This document shows positions 30,218 through 39,538 of a DNA stretch of 64,000 nt, one piece after another. Numbering within the stretch: position 1 is the stretch's first letter; each line of letters starts with the position of its first letter. Position numbers and translations under genes: made by a program. Source of the DNA: an uncultured virus (IMG/VR IMGVR_UViG_3300009104_000011). Lineage: Duplodnaviria > Heunggongvirae > Uroviricota > Caudoviricetes. The stretch lies in the IMG/VR virus record IMGVR_UViG_3300009104_000011. The stretch is one strand, 5' to 3'. The notes beneath the pieces are model-generated. The model searched no databases and had not been told where the DNA came from. It saw only the letters and a list, made by a program, of their open reading frames with translations.

Positions 30218-31459
30218 ATGGCTAAAGGACCTAGTCGAAAGAAAATTGGTAGGCAAATGAGTCAGACCGACTCATATTCTACCAAAATAAAGATGACCAA
30301 GTCGCAGCACGGTGCGCATCGAAAGATGCGGGCCAAATTTAATGAAATAAGAAAGCAGTTATACTCCCATAATTATTGGAGTGTACTTGCTCTTAGAGAT
30401 GCTGTACTTACTTGGACAAATTACAAAGCAGACACAGTAATTGGAACAGAATTACATCTTCAAGCACACACACGGGATGCCTATGGCGTTCCATTGGGGA
30501 CAAGTAATACTGTACGACCAATCTGGTCTATTGCTGGTAGAAAATTATCTGATACAGAGGTTTATAGAATCGCAGAGAATATCTGCGGTTACAGTCCAGG
30601 AAATGAATTATTTCCTGACCACTTAACAAGAGAAGAAGCATTGCTTTTCATAGAAGTCACTGAAATGATTCAGGAGGCTTGGGAGAGCATGAAGCATTCT
30701 TTTATGCACGCCGCTGAAAACAGAGAACAAAGAATAAATAAACACTATTCAACAAACCAAAAAGATCGCAATAAGAAGGTCGCGCGTAAAAGCGCTTATG
30801 ACCCAATTTGCTTTCAACAAGTTGGCGCGTTGGAAGGTAAAAAGGGCGAGTTAATATATAACTGGCTCTCAATATGTGACGCAAGAAAAGGCTGCTATGC
30901 TTGTTACAAAGCAGCAGAACTGCACAGATTGACTGATACTGAACGTCTAATATTTCTTACACGAAATAGAGACGAAGCAGTGACATCGTTTCAAATGATA
31001 CAAAAATTAACATCCCGCTTAAAGCAACTTCTTGAGCAGGCCGCAAAAGGTTCTAAAACAATAACCTTTGATGATGGCCATGTTTTTGACCAAGCAGCGT
31101 TTAACAAAAAGTACGCTGACTTTGAGTGGGACAAATATACAGATGTTGTGACATCGCCCGGTGCAATGTACCGGTTGGTGAGCACCTCTGTTTGTACACA
31201 CTACAATAAGAAATACGGAGAAATAGAAACTGCCAAACTAAGACGTTTAGGTTACGGACTACGGTTGGAAATAATAGAGATGCGGACTGATGTTCGTGAC
31301 TTCTACAAACCACTTTATGACGTACTGAACTATATCTTAGTTGGCTTAGATTCTAAAATTTATCCGAAACTAATATTGCCCGAAGACTGCGGTTGTGATA
31401 ACTGCGAGGGCAAAGATTTCTTGACAGATCCTAATCTGGTGTGGGATGAAACACAATGA
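30218..31459 (+). CDS. Hypothetical protein (413 aa)
   Basis: Long ORF at junction; scattered Cys motifs. Confidence 0.8.
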   Translation: MAKGPSRKKIGRQMSQTDSYSTKIKMTKSQHGAHRKMRAKFNEIRKQLYSHNYWSVLALRDAVLTWTNYKADTVIGTELHLQAHTRDAYGVPLGTSNTVRPIWSIAGRKLSDTEVYRIAENICGYSPGNELFPDHLTREEALLFIEVTEMIQEAWESMKHSFMHAAENREQRINKHYSTNQKDRNKKVARKSAYDPICFQQVGALEGKKGELIYNWLSICDARKGCYACYKAAELHRLTDTERLIFLTRNRDEAVTSFQMIQKLTSRLKQLLEQAAKGSKTITFDDGHVFDQAAFNKKYADFEWDKYTDVVTSPGAMYRLVSTSVCTHYNKKYGEIETAKLRRLGYGLRLEIIEMRTDVRDFYKPLYDVLNYILVGLDSKIYPKLILPEDCGCDNCEGKDFLTDPNLVWDETQ

Positions 31460-31465
31460 TGTTAC

Positions 31466-31496
31466 TGCCGATCACAATGATCGGCTTTATTTTTTG
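31466..31496 (+). terminator. Possible intrinsic terminator
   Basis: gccgatc-acaat-gatcggc followed by tttatttttt. Confidence 0.45.
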
Positions 31497-31508
31497 TCTA
31501 CCTATTAA

Positions 31509-32366
31509 ATGGAGAAACGAATACCAATTGGGACTAAATATCCAAGAGTGGTTGGCATAATTGAGAAGGCTTTCAAAGCCAGTAATAAAGAAATTCTAAG
31601 TTCAATCGAAATAACAAACTGGGTGAAAGACAATTACCCAAGGAGTAATCTTGGTCAGCGACGAGTTTCTTCATTTCTGAAAAGAAGGCCACAATTTGTA
31701 TACCATACTAGCGCGAGAAGGAGAAACTCCAATATTCGCGATCATTGGTATTCTCTAGGCCCATCAAATGAAACTATTTTCATTGAAATGAATTGGGTCG
31801 AAGACCAACCATATAAGATGGATAAGAGACATCACAATAAGAGAAAAAGACGCCGTCAAAGAAGACGGACAGATTTATCTAAACACAAGAAACGTGGTAG
31901 AAAAAAAGAAAAAATAAACTGCGCTTTGTGTGAGATAGAATTTACTCCACATAATGAAGGAGATAAAATATGTAGTTTGCCGGCATGTCAATCGCTTAGC
32001 GATAACGTGACAAGTGGTGAATCGTATATACCGAAAATTCACCCAGATCACTATGACAAAACTGATGACCCAGCATATCTGAGACAACCAAGTACAGATG
32101 ATGTGGCGATTACTACTGAGAAAGAGCGAGTGGCTGGTATGGAAAGGAAAGAGAAAAACCCCCAGAACTTTCTGGGTGGTTTAGAATACCATACTGGTCG
32201 TCGTTACATGAGAGATCAATGTATCGAAGATCACGACGGTAATGCTGTACGAGTGTACGCAACTGCCGAAGAAAGAACTCGCGCTTTTACAGAAGAAGCG
32301 GCAAAAACACAGGTTGTTAAATCACATTTGAATAGTGTGATTAAGAAACATACCCGCTCCGGGTGA
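31509..32366 (+). CDS. Hypothetical protein, winged-helix-like N-terminus plus Zn finger
   Basis: LSSIEITNWV...RRVSSFLKR; basic linker; CALC...CSLPAC. Confidence 0.65.
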   Translation: MEKRIPIGTKYPRVVGIIEKAFKASNKEILSSIEITNWVKDNYPRSNLGQRRVSSFLKRRPQFVYHTSARRRNSNIRDHWYSLGPSNETIFIEMNWVEDQPYKMDKRHHNKRKRRRQRRRTDLSKHKKRGRKKEKINCALCEIEFTPHNEGDKICSLPACQSLSDNVTSGESYIPKIHPDHYDKTDDPAYLRQPSTDDVAITTEKERVAGMERKEKNPQNFLGGLEYHTGRRYMRDQCIEDHDGNAVRVYATAEERTRAFTEEAAKTQVVKSHLNSVIKKHTRSG

Positions 32367-32380
32367 AAGACCGGAATTAG

Positions 32381-33331
32381 ATGCCAATATCTATTGACGA
32401 GAATATAAGAGAAAAACAAGTGTGGGTTGCACACGTAACCCCAGCAACAGTAACAATGCTAGAAGATAATCTAGAACATTGCCCAGATGTAACTAATAGT
32501 TGCAGTGGTGGACACGATTGCCCAGTGAAACGATTTTCACTGTTCAGAAACGGTCGGCCAGGGAAGCCCCATTTAGCGGGAGCGAAAGAGAACTTATTTG
32601 TACGAAGGTACAGGCTATTTTTCTCTGGAAAGACTGGTGGGTTGCTTAAAGCAATCAGGATTGGTTGTTGTAACCACGTCACACTTGAATTAGGCAGCGG
32701 AAGAAGAATTAAGAGAAAGAAGGATGTTGAAGAAGCAGTAGAAGAACTCATAGAAGTTCTCATATTGTTTGGTAACTACATGAAGAATTTTAAGCAGGTC
32801 TGGAGTCTAACGACTGATATGACCAACAAAAAGGCTTACAATGAATTCTTTTCAAAGGTCGAAGAAACTGATTGGGTTAGTCTGATTGGTTTCTTAGGCA
32901 CCCCGGATTTTAGGAAAACTATTCCTACTCCCGGTAAAAAGAAAGGAAGGAGACTACGAAGAAGCGATCGAATTGAATTTGATCAAAAACTTAAGGTAAA
33001 GCAATTGATGTGCTTGGAATATATTTACACACTGGCTAACCAGGCTTATAAAAACGAAGATCTTACTCCATACGAGTATGACGAACTTATGCAAGTCTGG
33101 AATGAAACCAGAGAGCGTGTTAACAATCAAGGTTATCCTGGTGAAACTGCGTTTCCCCCACTAAGGGCAACGCAGGAGCAAATCAACTATTTTTTGGGCG
33201 TAGAAGGCGACCCAATCAACCTTACTCAAGAATTCATAGACAAGGCTATTGAAGCCGCTAATCGCGGCTCCATGTCGCTCGGAACCATAACAATTGATGA
33301 CGAGAGGCACGACCTAAATCCGCAAAACTGA
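32381..33331 (+). CDS. Hypothetical protein
   Basis: 316 aa ORF at junction. Confidence 0.75.
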   Translation: MPISIDENIREKQVWVAHVTPATVTMLEDNLEHCPDVTNSCSGGHDCPVKRFSLFRNGRPGKPHLAGAKENLFVRRYRLFFSGKTGGLLKAIRIGCCNHVTLELGSGRRIKRKKDVEEAVEELIEVLILFGNYMKNFKQVWSLTTDMTNKKAYNEFFSKVEETDWVSLIGFLGTPDFRKTIPTPGKKKGRRLRRSDRIEFDQKLKVKQLMCLEYIYTLANQAYKNEDLTPYEYDELMQVWNETRERVNNQGYPGETAFPPLRATQEQINYFLGVEGDPINLTQEFIDKAIEAANRGSMSLGTITIDDERHDLNPQN

Positions 33332-33350
33332 GGGCTTTGACCCTCTATTA

Positions 33351-33501
33351 GAGACGGTAAATTTTTCCCTGCTATAAGCAGGTTTTTAACAAAACAATCG
33401 GTTCGTAATTAGGCAGTGTGCCTTCCCATAGTGTTGAACTTGAGATTGACAAATAGATAATCTGTTAGTAGGGGACGAACACAGTGAAATCGTTAAAACT
33501 A
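33351..33501 (+). ncRNA. Possible non-coding unit
   Basis: Bounded by junction motifs, no ORF, hairpin cctgct-ata-agcagg. Confidence 0.35.
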
Positions 33502-33502
33502 G

Positions 33503-33847
33503 ATGAGTATAACTAAATATTGTAAAGAGTGTCGTCAAATATTTGAATTGAGACACGCTGCCCAAAAATATTGTAAAAAAGAATGTTTAGAAATGGCAAG
33601 AAAGAAGTATATTCGTAATAAGGTGCAAATGCATCGTATCAATAAGAATCAATGGACTTTCTTGCATAACGAGAACACAGAGAATGAAGATGATCGGATT
33701 ATGGTGACTTATTTGAGTACACCTAACCTACTCGATAAAATTAATTCTCTAGATAAAGACTACAATATCATAGGGATACAAATTACCGAAAGCAATCCTG
33801 ATAAAATTGGGGTTGTTATCGCAGAGTCCTCCTCGGAAGAGGAGTGA
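33503..33847 (+). CDS. Zn-finger protein
   Basis: CKEC...YCKKEC. Confidence 0.7.
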   Translation: MSITKYCKECRQIFELRHAAQKYCKKECLEMARKKYIRNKVQMHRINKNQWTFLHNENTENEDDRIMVTYLSTPNLLDKINSLDKDYNIIGIQITESNPDKIGVVIAESSSEEE

Positions 33848-33855
33848 TCTATTAG

Positions 33856-33975
33856 ATGATTGAAAGAGTAATGCACTGTAGAAAGTGCGGGTTTCGCGGT
33901 ATGACAGTTCAGATGAAGTGTCCTCACTGCGGAGATCCCTATTTTGAACCACATTGTGTGGGATGCGGAGAATGA
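33856..33975 (+). CDS. Micro Zn-ribbon protein (39 aa)
   Basis: CRKCG, CPHCG, CVGCG; ATG at junction. Confidence 0.65.
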   Translation: MIERVMHCRKCGFRGMTVQMKCPHCGDPYFEPHCVGCGE

Positions 33976-33985
33976 CCGCAATTAG

Positions 33986-34351
33986 ATGAATATAGACATA
34001 CAAGAATTACCCGATGAACTGATTTGGACTGCCACGATGGCTGCGGCTATAAATAGCCCAGCAGCAGCCGCTGTTCTAGAAGGAATTGCAGAAAGACTAT
34101 TGAAAGACATTGACGATCCAGAGTTCAAAGAAAGATTTCAATCTTTACAACAACTCTTTGAGAACAATCCACCTGACGGACTTGATGAACTAGACGAAGT
34201 TGGTTCAGAAAAGATGGCAAAATGGATTGTTGGACTCTCCGGCCTAGTCGGAGCACATATGGAAATCGAAGAGGCTCTAGGTGGTGCAATCAATGATATC
34301 ATGGCGGGAGTTAGGGACAGTGTCCTTAGTTTTGCCCGCGAAAACAGATGA
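33986..34351 (+). CDS. Hypothetical helical protein
   Basis: ORF at junction. Confidence 0.7.
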   Translation: MNIDIQELPDELIWTATMAAAINSPAAAAVLEGIAERLLKDIDDPEFKERFQSLQQLFENNPPDGLDELDEVGSEKMAKWIVGLSGLVGAHMEIEEALGGAINDIMAGVRDSVLSFARENR

Positions 34352-34372
34352 GGGTAACACCTCTTCTATTAG

Positions 34373-34546
34373 ATGACCGAAGAAAAAACTGAGGTGTACA
34401 TATTTCGTCTCAGTATAACGGAGAAGAAAAAAATAAAGACTTTGGCTGAGAAGTCAAACCTGAGTGCTAGTGAATACATTCGGGCTTGTTCCTTGAAAGG
34501 AATGAAAGTCACAAAGACAACAACAACTTCCTACCAATACGAGTAG
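34373..34546 (+). CDS. Ribbon-helix-helix (MobC/CopG-like) protein, copy 1
   Basis: FRLSITEKKKIKTLAEKSNLSASEYIR. Confidence 0.7.
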   Translation: MTEEKTEVYIFRLSITEKKKIKTLAEKSNLSASEYIRACSLKGMKVTKTTTTSYQYE

Positions 34547-34555
34547 GATAATTAG

Positions 34556-34717
34556 ATGACCAAGGCAAGAACTGTGAGGCACGAATTTCGCCTCACTGTA
34601 AGGGAAAAGAAAAAACTAGAGACTTTGGCTAAGAAGTCAAACCTGAGTGTTAGTGAATACATTCGGGTTTGTTGCTTGAAAGGAACCAAAGTCACAATAA
34701 CCTATGAATACGAATAG
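34556..34717 (+). CDS. Ribbon-helix-helix (MobC/CopG-like) protein, copy 2
   Basis: FRLTVREKKKLETLAKKSNLSVSEYIR; nucleotide paralog of copy 1. Confidence 0.7.
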   Translation: MTKARTVRHEFRLTVREKKKLETLAKKSNLSVSEYIRVCCLKGTKVTITYEYE

Positions 34718-34726
34718 GTTAATTAG

Positions 34727-35020
34727 ATGGAAGAAATCGAAGATATTTGTAACAAGGTGATTTACTTTACCGACAGATGGAAAGATTACGGAAGAAGAAT
34801 GAGAGATGCAGAGCATAAACTCACTGAGGCGCTTAAAATAAATCCGCTTGAGGATTTTACTACTACAGTTGGCAAGTATACAATAAAATACGAAAATAGC
34901 CGACTAGAAGTAGACGAAAAGATTGAGCCAGCAGAACCCGTAACAATGAAAATGCTAGAAGAAGAAAACGCGCCCGAATGGGCTAAAGCGGCTTTCAAGG
35001 CTTCTAGTGGAGAGGAATGA
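34727..35020 (+). CDS. Hypothetical protein
   Basis: ORF at junction. Confidence 0.7.
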   Translation: MEEIEDICNKVIYFTDRWKDYGRRMRDAEHKLTEALKINPLEDFTTTVGKYTIKYENSRLEVDEKIEPAEPVTMKMLEEENAPEWAKAAFKASSGEE

Positions 35021-35030
35021 TCCTCTATTA

Positions 35031-35408
35031 GTGAGTAAAATAAAGAAAACCACAAAGAAAATATTCAAGATACCAATGTACTACGAATCTGGAGAAACTA
35101 AGTTGATGGTATACATCGCTGATAAACTCACAGATGTTAAGACATTCGTGGAGTGCATTGACGACCCTGATGATTACGATGGTGTAGATGCTGTCGTATT
35201 CAATTGGAACAACCACATCCGTGTAATATTTGAAAGAAAACACATCGATGCAGGAAGGATCGCACATGAAGCGATCCACATCAAGAATAGGATTTTCAAG
35301 TATAGCGGCATAGAGAACGACCCAGACAACGACGAACCAGAAGCCTATTTAGTGCAATGGATTGTCAATAAAATACACGGCGTTCTAGCCAAAGACAACG
35401 AGGAGTAA
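35031..35408 (+). CDS. Putative Zn metallopeptidase-like protein (HExxH)
   Basis: IAHEAIH...EPEAYL; GTG start at ATTA|GTG. Confidence 0.65.
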   Translation: MSKIKKTTKKIFKIPMYYESGETKLMVYIADKLTDVKTFVECIDDPDDYDGVDAVVFNWNNHIRVIFERKHIDAGRIAHEAIHIKNRIFKYSGIENDPDNDEPEAYLVQWIVNKIHGVLAKDNEE

Positions 35409-35419
35409 TCCTCTATTAG

Positions 35420-35854
35420 ATGAGTGAAATCACAGATGAACAATTGGATGAAGCATACGACAAGATACAAGAGACGACAGTCCTGATAAATACCCCAGAA
35501 GCCGAAAGGCGATTTGGGATTGAGGGAACGTTTAACCTGTATTCTGTTGGCATGAAGGATAACTACGATCTACCAGATTTGGAGATGCGTGGTGTTCCTG
35601 GAATGCTGGCTAGCGCCGCTGCTGAGACCATAAACACACTGAATGCCTACAGATTAGTTTCTGACAAGCCAGTTTTGGTTGGTCAGACGATAGAATGGAG
35701 ATTCGGTTTAATAAGAACTGAGCAGGGTGATGATTGGGATGGAAGACATGAGCACAAGGCGGAAGATATGATCCGCCTAACAAGTGCGATGACTGATATC
35801 CATCATGCCCAATGCGAATGTTGTCAATTTGACGACGCTGGAGTCACTGAGTGA
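35420..35854 (+). CDS. Hypothetical protein
   Basis: ORF at junction; YSVGM...LPDLE motif. Confidence 0.7.
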   Translation: MSEITDEQLDEAYDKIQETTVLINTPEAERRFGIEGTFNLYSVGMKDNYDLPDLEMRGVPGMLASAAAETINTLNAYRLVSDKPVLVGQTIEWRFGLIRTEQGDDWDGRHEHKAEDMIRLTSAMTDIHHAQCECCQFDDAGVTE

Positions 35855-35864
35855 TTCCTATTAG

Positions 35865-36215
35865 ATGAAGAAAAGAAAAAGAAATCATAAAGACCCCTTT
35901 ACGACGAATGTAACGATTAACCACCCTGACGTGGTTAGATGGCCATTGAAATGTCGTGGGGTGATTGATACAGGTGCAACCAGAACATCAATTGATTATG
36001 GTCTGGCTCACACTCTGAATCTTGAACCTGCTGGACAGGTTACAGTAAAAAATGCAAATGGAAAGCAGAAAAGGAAACTTGTCTGGGCACAAATAGAAGT
36101 CTTTGACGAGGTAATCGTCCTAAAGGTTTCAGTGACTGACAGATCTAAACTATCCTGTCCTATACTAATAGGTAGGGATATACTGCAATACAATGCATAT
36201 AGCGAGGAAGAATAA
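35865..36215 (+). CDS. Retropepsin-like aspartic protease
   Basis: IDTGATRTSID and ILIGRD. Confidence 0.85.
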   Translation: MKKRKRNHKDPFTTNVTINHPDVVRWPLKCRGVIDTGATRTSIDYGLAHTLNLEPAGQVTVKNANGKQKRKLVWAQIEVFDEVIVLKVSVTDRSKLSCPILIGRDILQYNAYSEEE

Positions 36216-36226
36216 TCCTCTATTAG

Positions 36227-36769
36227 ATGGAACCAATATTAACTACACTACCAGAAGAATTCTACAAGGTAGTCGATAAATGGTACAAAAAAAGAGGAAG
36301 AAGAACCTACAATTTTGCAAAGAATTTAGAAGACTTAAACGGCAAGCGCGAACGAGAGCGATTGCTACACATACTGCTGAACGCGGGTCTAAAACGACTC
36401 ATTGCTCAGGCTGGAAAGGAACAAGGTATAAGTTCTGAACTAGTTGGTAGTAATGATATAGTTCGCGGCCCACGAGGGACGATAATCAAGCAAAAACGAA
36501 TAGGAATAGAAATAACAACAAATTTCGATATACGAAAACAGTTTGGTGCGAGAATAATCTACATTACGCGAGAGACACTATTCAAACGAATAATAGATCG
36601 CGAAAAGAACTATAATCGGTTACTATACAGTAACAGTCCACTGAAACCTACAAAGAAACCTACAGCCACAATGACTGCTAGAAAATGCTCTGGTAAATTA
36701 CACCGGCATTGTAGTATCTGTGGTATGTGTTTCACGAATGCGGCAACGCATGACCGTGGACATGTCTAA
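36227..36769 (+). CDS. Hypothetical protein with C-terminal Zn motif
   Basis: HCSICGMCF...HD. Confidence 0.7.
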   Translation: MEPILTTLPEEFYKVVDKWYKKRGRRTYNFAKNLEDLNGKRERERLLHILLNAGLKRLIAQAGKEQGISSELVGSNDIVRGPRGTIIKQKRIGIEITTNFDIRKQFGARIIYITRETLFKRIIDREKNYNRLLYSNSPLKPTKKPTATMTARKCSGKLHRHCSICGMCFTNAATHDRGHV

Positions 36770-36779
36770 CCTCTATTAG

Positions 36780-36944
36780 ATGAAATGCGAATACTGTAAG
36801 AAAGAAATAGAAGAATCTTACACAATCAAGACTTACACTCATACGAGTGAAGGTCCGAAAGATAAGAGCGAGAAATATTATTGTAATATAGAATGTTGTA
36901 ATTCTGCAATACTGGCTCGCAAATACGAAAAACAAAAGTGGTGA
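36780..36944 (+). CDS. Small Zn-finger (TRASH-like) protein
   Basis: CEYCKKEI...YCNIEC; ATG at junction. Confidence 0.65.
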   Translation: MKCEYCKKEIEESYTIKTYTHTSEGPKDKSEKYYCNIECCNSAILARKYEKQKW

Positions 36945-36953
36945 CACTATTAG

Positions 36954-37268
36954 ATGACGAAGAGACAACAGATTCTCAAAAAGGAAGCAGAAAGACAAAG
37001 GGTACGATACAAAGGTCGGCCAGAGTCAATCGCTTCGACACTTAAAGGAATCATGGCTTATCTCCACAAAGAGAAAGTTACAAACAAAGATTGTTTGACT
37101 GCTTTGAATAAAGTTGGCGTGTGGCGAAAAACTACACAGCGATTTGATAAGCCCAATGAAGATTTTACCGTTGCGGAACTTAAGGCTGCGCTCCGAGAGC
37201 GCGATCTACCGCTAACAGGTAATAAAACTGTGCTAGTCGAAAGACTGGTAAAGTCAATGGATTGCTAA
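36954..37268 (+). CDS. SAP-domain protein
   Basis: FTVAELKAALRERDLPLTGNKTVLVERL. Confidence 0.8.
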   Translation: MTKRQQILKKEAERQRVRYKGRPESIASTLKGIMAYLHKEKVTNKDCLTALNKVGVWRKTTQRFDKPNEDFTVAELKAALRERDLPLTGNKTVLVERLVKSMDC

Positions 37269-37280
37269 CAATCCTATTAG

Positions 37281-37529
37281 ATGCCACATAAGGGATTCAA
37301 AAAGAATAGCAATTCAAAAGACAAGTTTCGTCTTTTGGCAGAAGAAGCGCTCCTAGAATATGGCGCTGCTAGTTCAGGTGTTATCTTCGACTATGTCAAG
37401 AACCAACACAAAACTAACCAAAGATGGATGCCGTTAAAATCATCGGTATACGCTTGGTTGGCTAGCAGCCCTAGATTCTGCAGAGGAACGGATGGAAATT
37501 GGCGACTAACTAGGTCGTCTGAGGCTTAG
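37281..37529 (+). CDS. Putative winged-helix protein
   Basis: SSVYAWLASSPRF...GNWRL. Confidence 0.55.
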   Translation: MPHKGFKKNSNSKDKFRLLAEEALLEYGAASSGVIFDYVKNQHKTNQRWMPLKSSVYAWLASSPRFCRGTDGNWRLTRSSEA

Positions 37530-37541
37530 GCCTCTAATTAG

Positions 37542-37784
37542 ATGAGTTCAAGAGAATTTTATGAAGACTTTGTTCAATTATCACCTAATGGTAACTACTT
37601 AGTTAGAAGCGAAACAAACGACTTAACAGTCTATTTTGTTTGGCGACCTACAGAAAATAGGGACTACTGGCTATGTAATTGTTGGGACTATAAACGCCGA
37701 CAAAGACACACTAGGGGTAATTGCAAACATATACTGTTAGTGCAGGAATTTTTAGAGTTCTTGGAAAACAGAAAGGAGGAGTAG
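37542..37784 (+). CDS. SWIM zinc-finger protein
   Basis: CNCWD...CKHI. Confidence 0.8.
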   Translation: MSSREFYEDFVQLSPNGNYLVRSETNDLTVYFVWRPTENRDYWLCNCWDYKRRQRHTRGNCKHILLVQEFLEFLENRKEE

Positions 37785-37911
37785 TCCTCTATTAGATGAG
37801 TGACTTACACGACGAAATTGTACCGTGGCGTTTGCACCTTGCAAGCGAACGGAAAACACTTCATTCCCAACGGAAATCTAAAATGCCCCACCTTGGGGAA
37901 TTTATTGGGGA

Positions 37912-38142
37912 GTGACATATCAGATGGAAGAAATTTATGAGAAATTGAAATATGCAGGACCTACACAGGCGGAGGCAAGGAAGATTTTGGCTACAGCCGC
38001 AATCAATGCTATCCGTGATAACGAAGACATAAAATATGTCCGTTTTTACTATGAGGACTGGGCAGATATCAAGCAGAAAAATTTTACCAAAATGCAAGAG
38101 CAGATAATTGAGCGCTTGCAAAGATGGGGAAAAGTGAAATAA
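37912..38142 (+). CDS. Hypothetical protein
   Basis: 76 aa ORF coupled to a 39 aa junction-started ORF (37796-37915). Confidence 0.55.
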   Translation: MTYQMEEIYEKLKYAGPTQAEARKILATAAINAIRDNEDIKYVRFYYEDWADIKQKNFTKMQEQIIERLQRWGKVK

Positions 38143-38160
38143 TCCCCTTCTATTAGATGA

Positions 38161-38237
38161 GGGTCCATAGTTTAGTCAGGTAGAACGTCCGGCTCTTAAC
38201 CGGAAGGTCGCAGGTTCAAACCCTGCTGGACTCGCCA
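38161..38237 (+). tRNA. tRNA-Lys(CTT), CCA encoded
   Basis: Acceptor GGGTCCA/TGGACTC, anticodon arm TCCGG-CTCTTAA-CCGGA, T arm GCAGG-TTCAAAC-CCTGC, 3' GCCA. Confidence 0.95.
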
Positions 38238-38244
38238 TCATTAG

Positions 38245-38439
38245 ATGAGTGAAGAAATTATCCGCTGCAATGAATGCGGTAAAAAAGACTTAGACGAAGT
38301 TATAGAATGTTCCGAATGTGGGATGTTCTGCATTTCGTGCTATGACAAAAATGCGAATAAATGGGTGATACTAAATCATCCTAATCACTGTCGGGACCTA
38401 TGTCCCGAACACGCGCATTTGGTAAAAGCCTCCGAGTGA
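38245..38439 (+). CDS. Small Cys-rich Zn-finger protein
   Basis: CNECG, CSECG, CISC, CPEH. Confidence 0.7.
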   Translation: MSEEIIRCNECGKKDLDEVIECSECGMFCISCYDKNANKWVILNHPNHCRDLCPEHAHLVKASE

Positions 38440-38448
38440 GGCTATTAG

Positions 38449-38733
38449 ATGAGCAATAAATGCCCACACTATGATGAGTATGATTACGATACCTTACATG
38501 ATCCTGAATTTTTGCACCACCCTGCCCATGATTGGGTTGTGGAGATGCTAGATGATGCTCCGAAGGCGTACATCAGGGGAGATACAGGTGAGAAGTATCT
38601 CAGTCTAAGCATGAGGTTAAGATGTACCAAATGTGGTGCAACTTATGACACGAGCACTTTTGTAAACAAGGAAACAGGAATGACACAGTTCTCCCTTTTC
38701 TGCAAAAGACAACTAATCAAAGCCTTTGAGTGA
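38449..38733 (+). CDS. Hypothetical protein
   Basis: ORF between repeats; CTKCG. Confidence 0.7.
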   Translation: MSNKCPHYDEYDYDTLHDPEFLHHPAHDWVVEMLDDAPKAYIRGDTGEKYLSLSMRLRCTKCGATYDTSTFVNKETGMTQFSLFCKRQLIKAFE

Positions 38734-38742
38734 GGCTATTAG

Positions 38743-38886
38743 ATGAGTAACGAAAGTGAAATTGAGGCGGCTTACAAAGCCGGAGCCCACAGAATTATCA
38801 ACTTAAATTTGATGAGCCCCAACATAAAAGACAAATTGGTTGAAGTACTTTGGCTAGAATACCGCTTTAACAAAGCCTCCGAGTGA
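38743..38886 (+). CDS. Micro protein (47 aa, MSNESEIE...KASE)
   Basis: Fills the interval between two repeats exactly. Confidence 0.6.
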   Translation: MSNESEIEAAYKAGAHRIINLNLMSPNIKDKLVEVLWLEYRFNKASE

Positions 38887-38895
38887 GGCTATTAG

Positions 38896-39003
38896 ATGGC
38901 GATAAAGAAAGACTACAAGTATTTCATGAAAAAACATTTCAGCGTGAGGGCCATCGGTCTGATTGCTTTAGTGATTTTTACACATGAACTACTACATTTG
39001 TAA
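38896..39003 (+). CDS. Micro membrane protein (35 aa)
   Basis: ATG at junction; hydrophobic segment. Confidence 0.5.
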   Translation: MAIKKDYKYFMKKHFSVRAIGLIALVIFTHELLHL

Positions 39004-39026
39004 AGCCTTCTGAGCGAGGCTATTAG

Positions 39027-39515
39027 ATGAGTAACGAAAGTGAAAATAAAAGAATTGATTTAACTCAGTTTGAAGGTAAGGGGATAGTTCCGTTAATGGT
39101 TCTACCCAATACCTACACGATAGCACAGGATAACAATAGAATCTATGAAGACTACAATTATCCCGATGACGATGAAAATCGCTACGGGTGGATTGTGGGA
39201 AACATTGATTCTCATTATGAGTCCGATGACCCCGAATACGGGGTTGTGCAAAGTGAAAGGCAGGAAGTAATGGCGAAACTTTTCGCCATGGCTCCTGACC
39301 TAATTGCTGAGTTAAACAGAATGTACAAAAGAGAAGATGAACTTATGGAGATACTGTCTGTCCTTGAAGATAGACACGATATTGACATGGGTCAATTTGA
39401 TTCCGAAGAAACACACCGGAGGTCGTTAAGACAGGACTTCGGACAAGGAACTGGAGAATTAGAATCCACCCTTGGTGACGGACAACCTGAATGGACTTCC
39501 GGACCAAATATGTGA
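39027..39515 (+). CDS. Phage hypothetical protein
   Basis: AKLFAMAPDLIAEL resembles the common phage NARLIAAAPDLL motif. Confidence 0.7.
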   Translation: MSNESENKRIDLTQFEGKGIVPLMVLPNTYTIAQDNNRIYEDYNYPDDDENRYGWIVGNIDSHYESDDPEYGVVQSERQEVMAKLFAMAPDLIAELNRMYKREDELMEILSVLEDRHDIDMGQFDSEETHRRSLRQDFGQGTGELESTLGDGQPEWTSGPNM

Positions 39516-39538
39516 ACGCCTCCTAGTGAGGCAATTAG

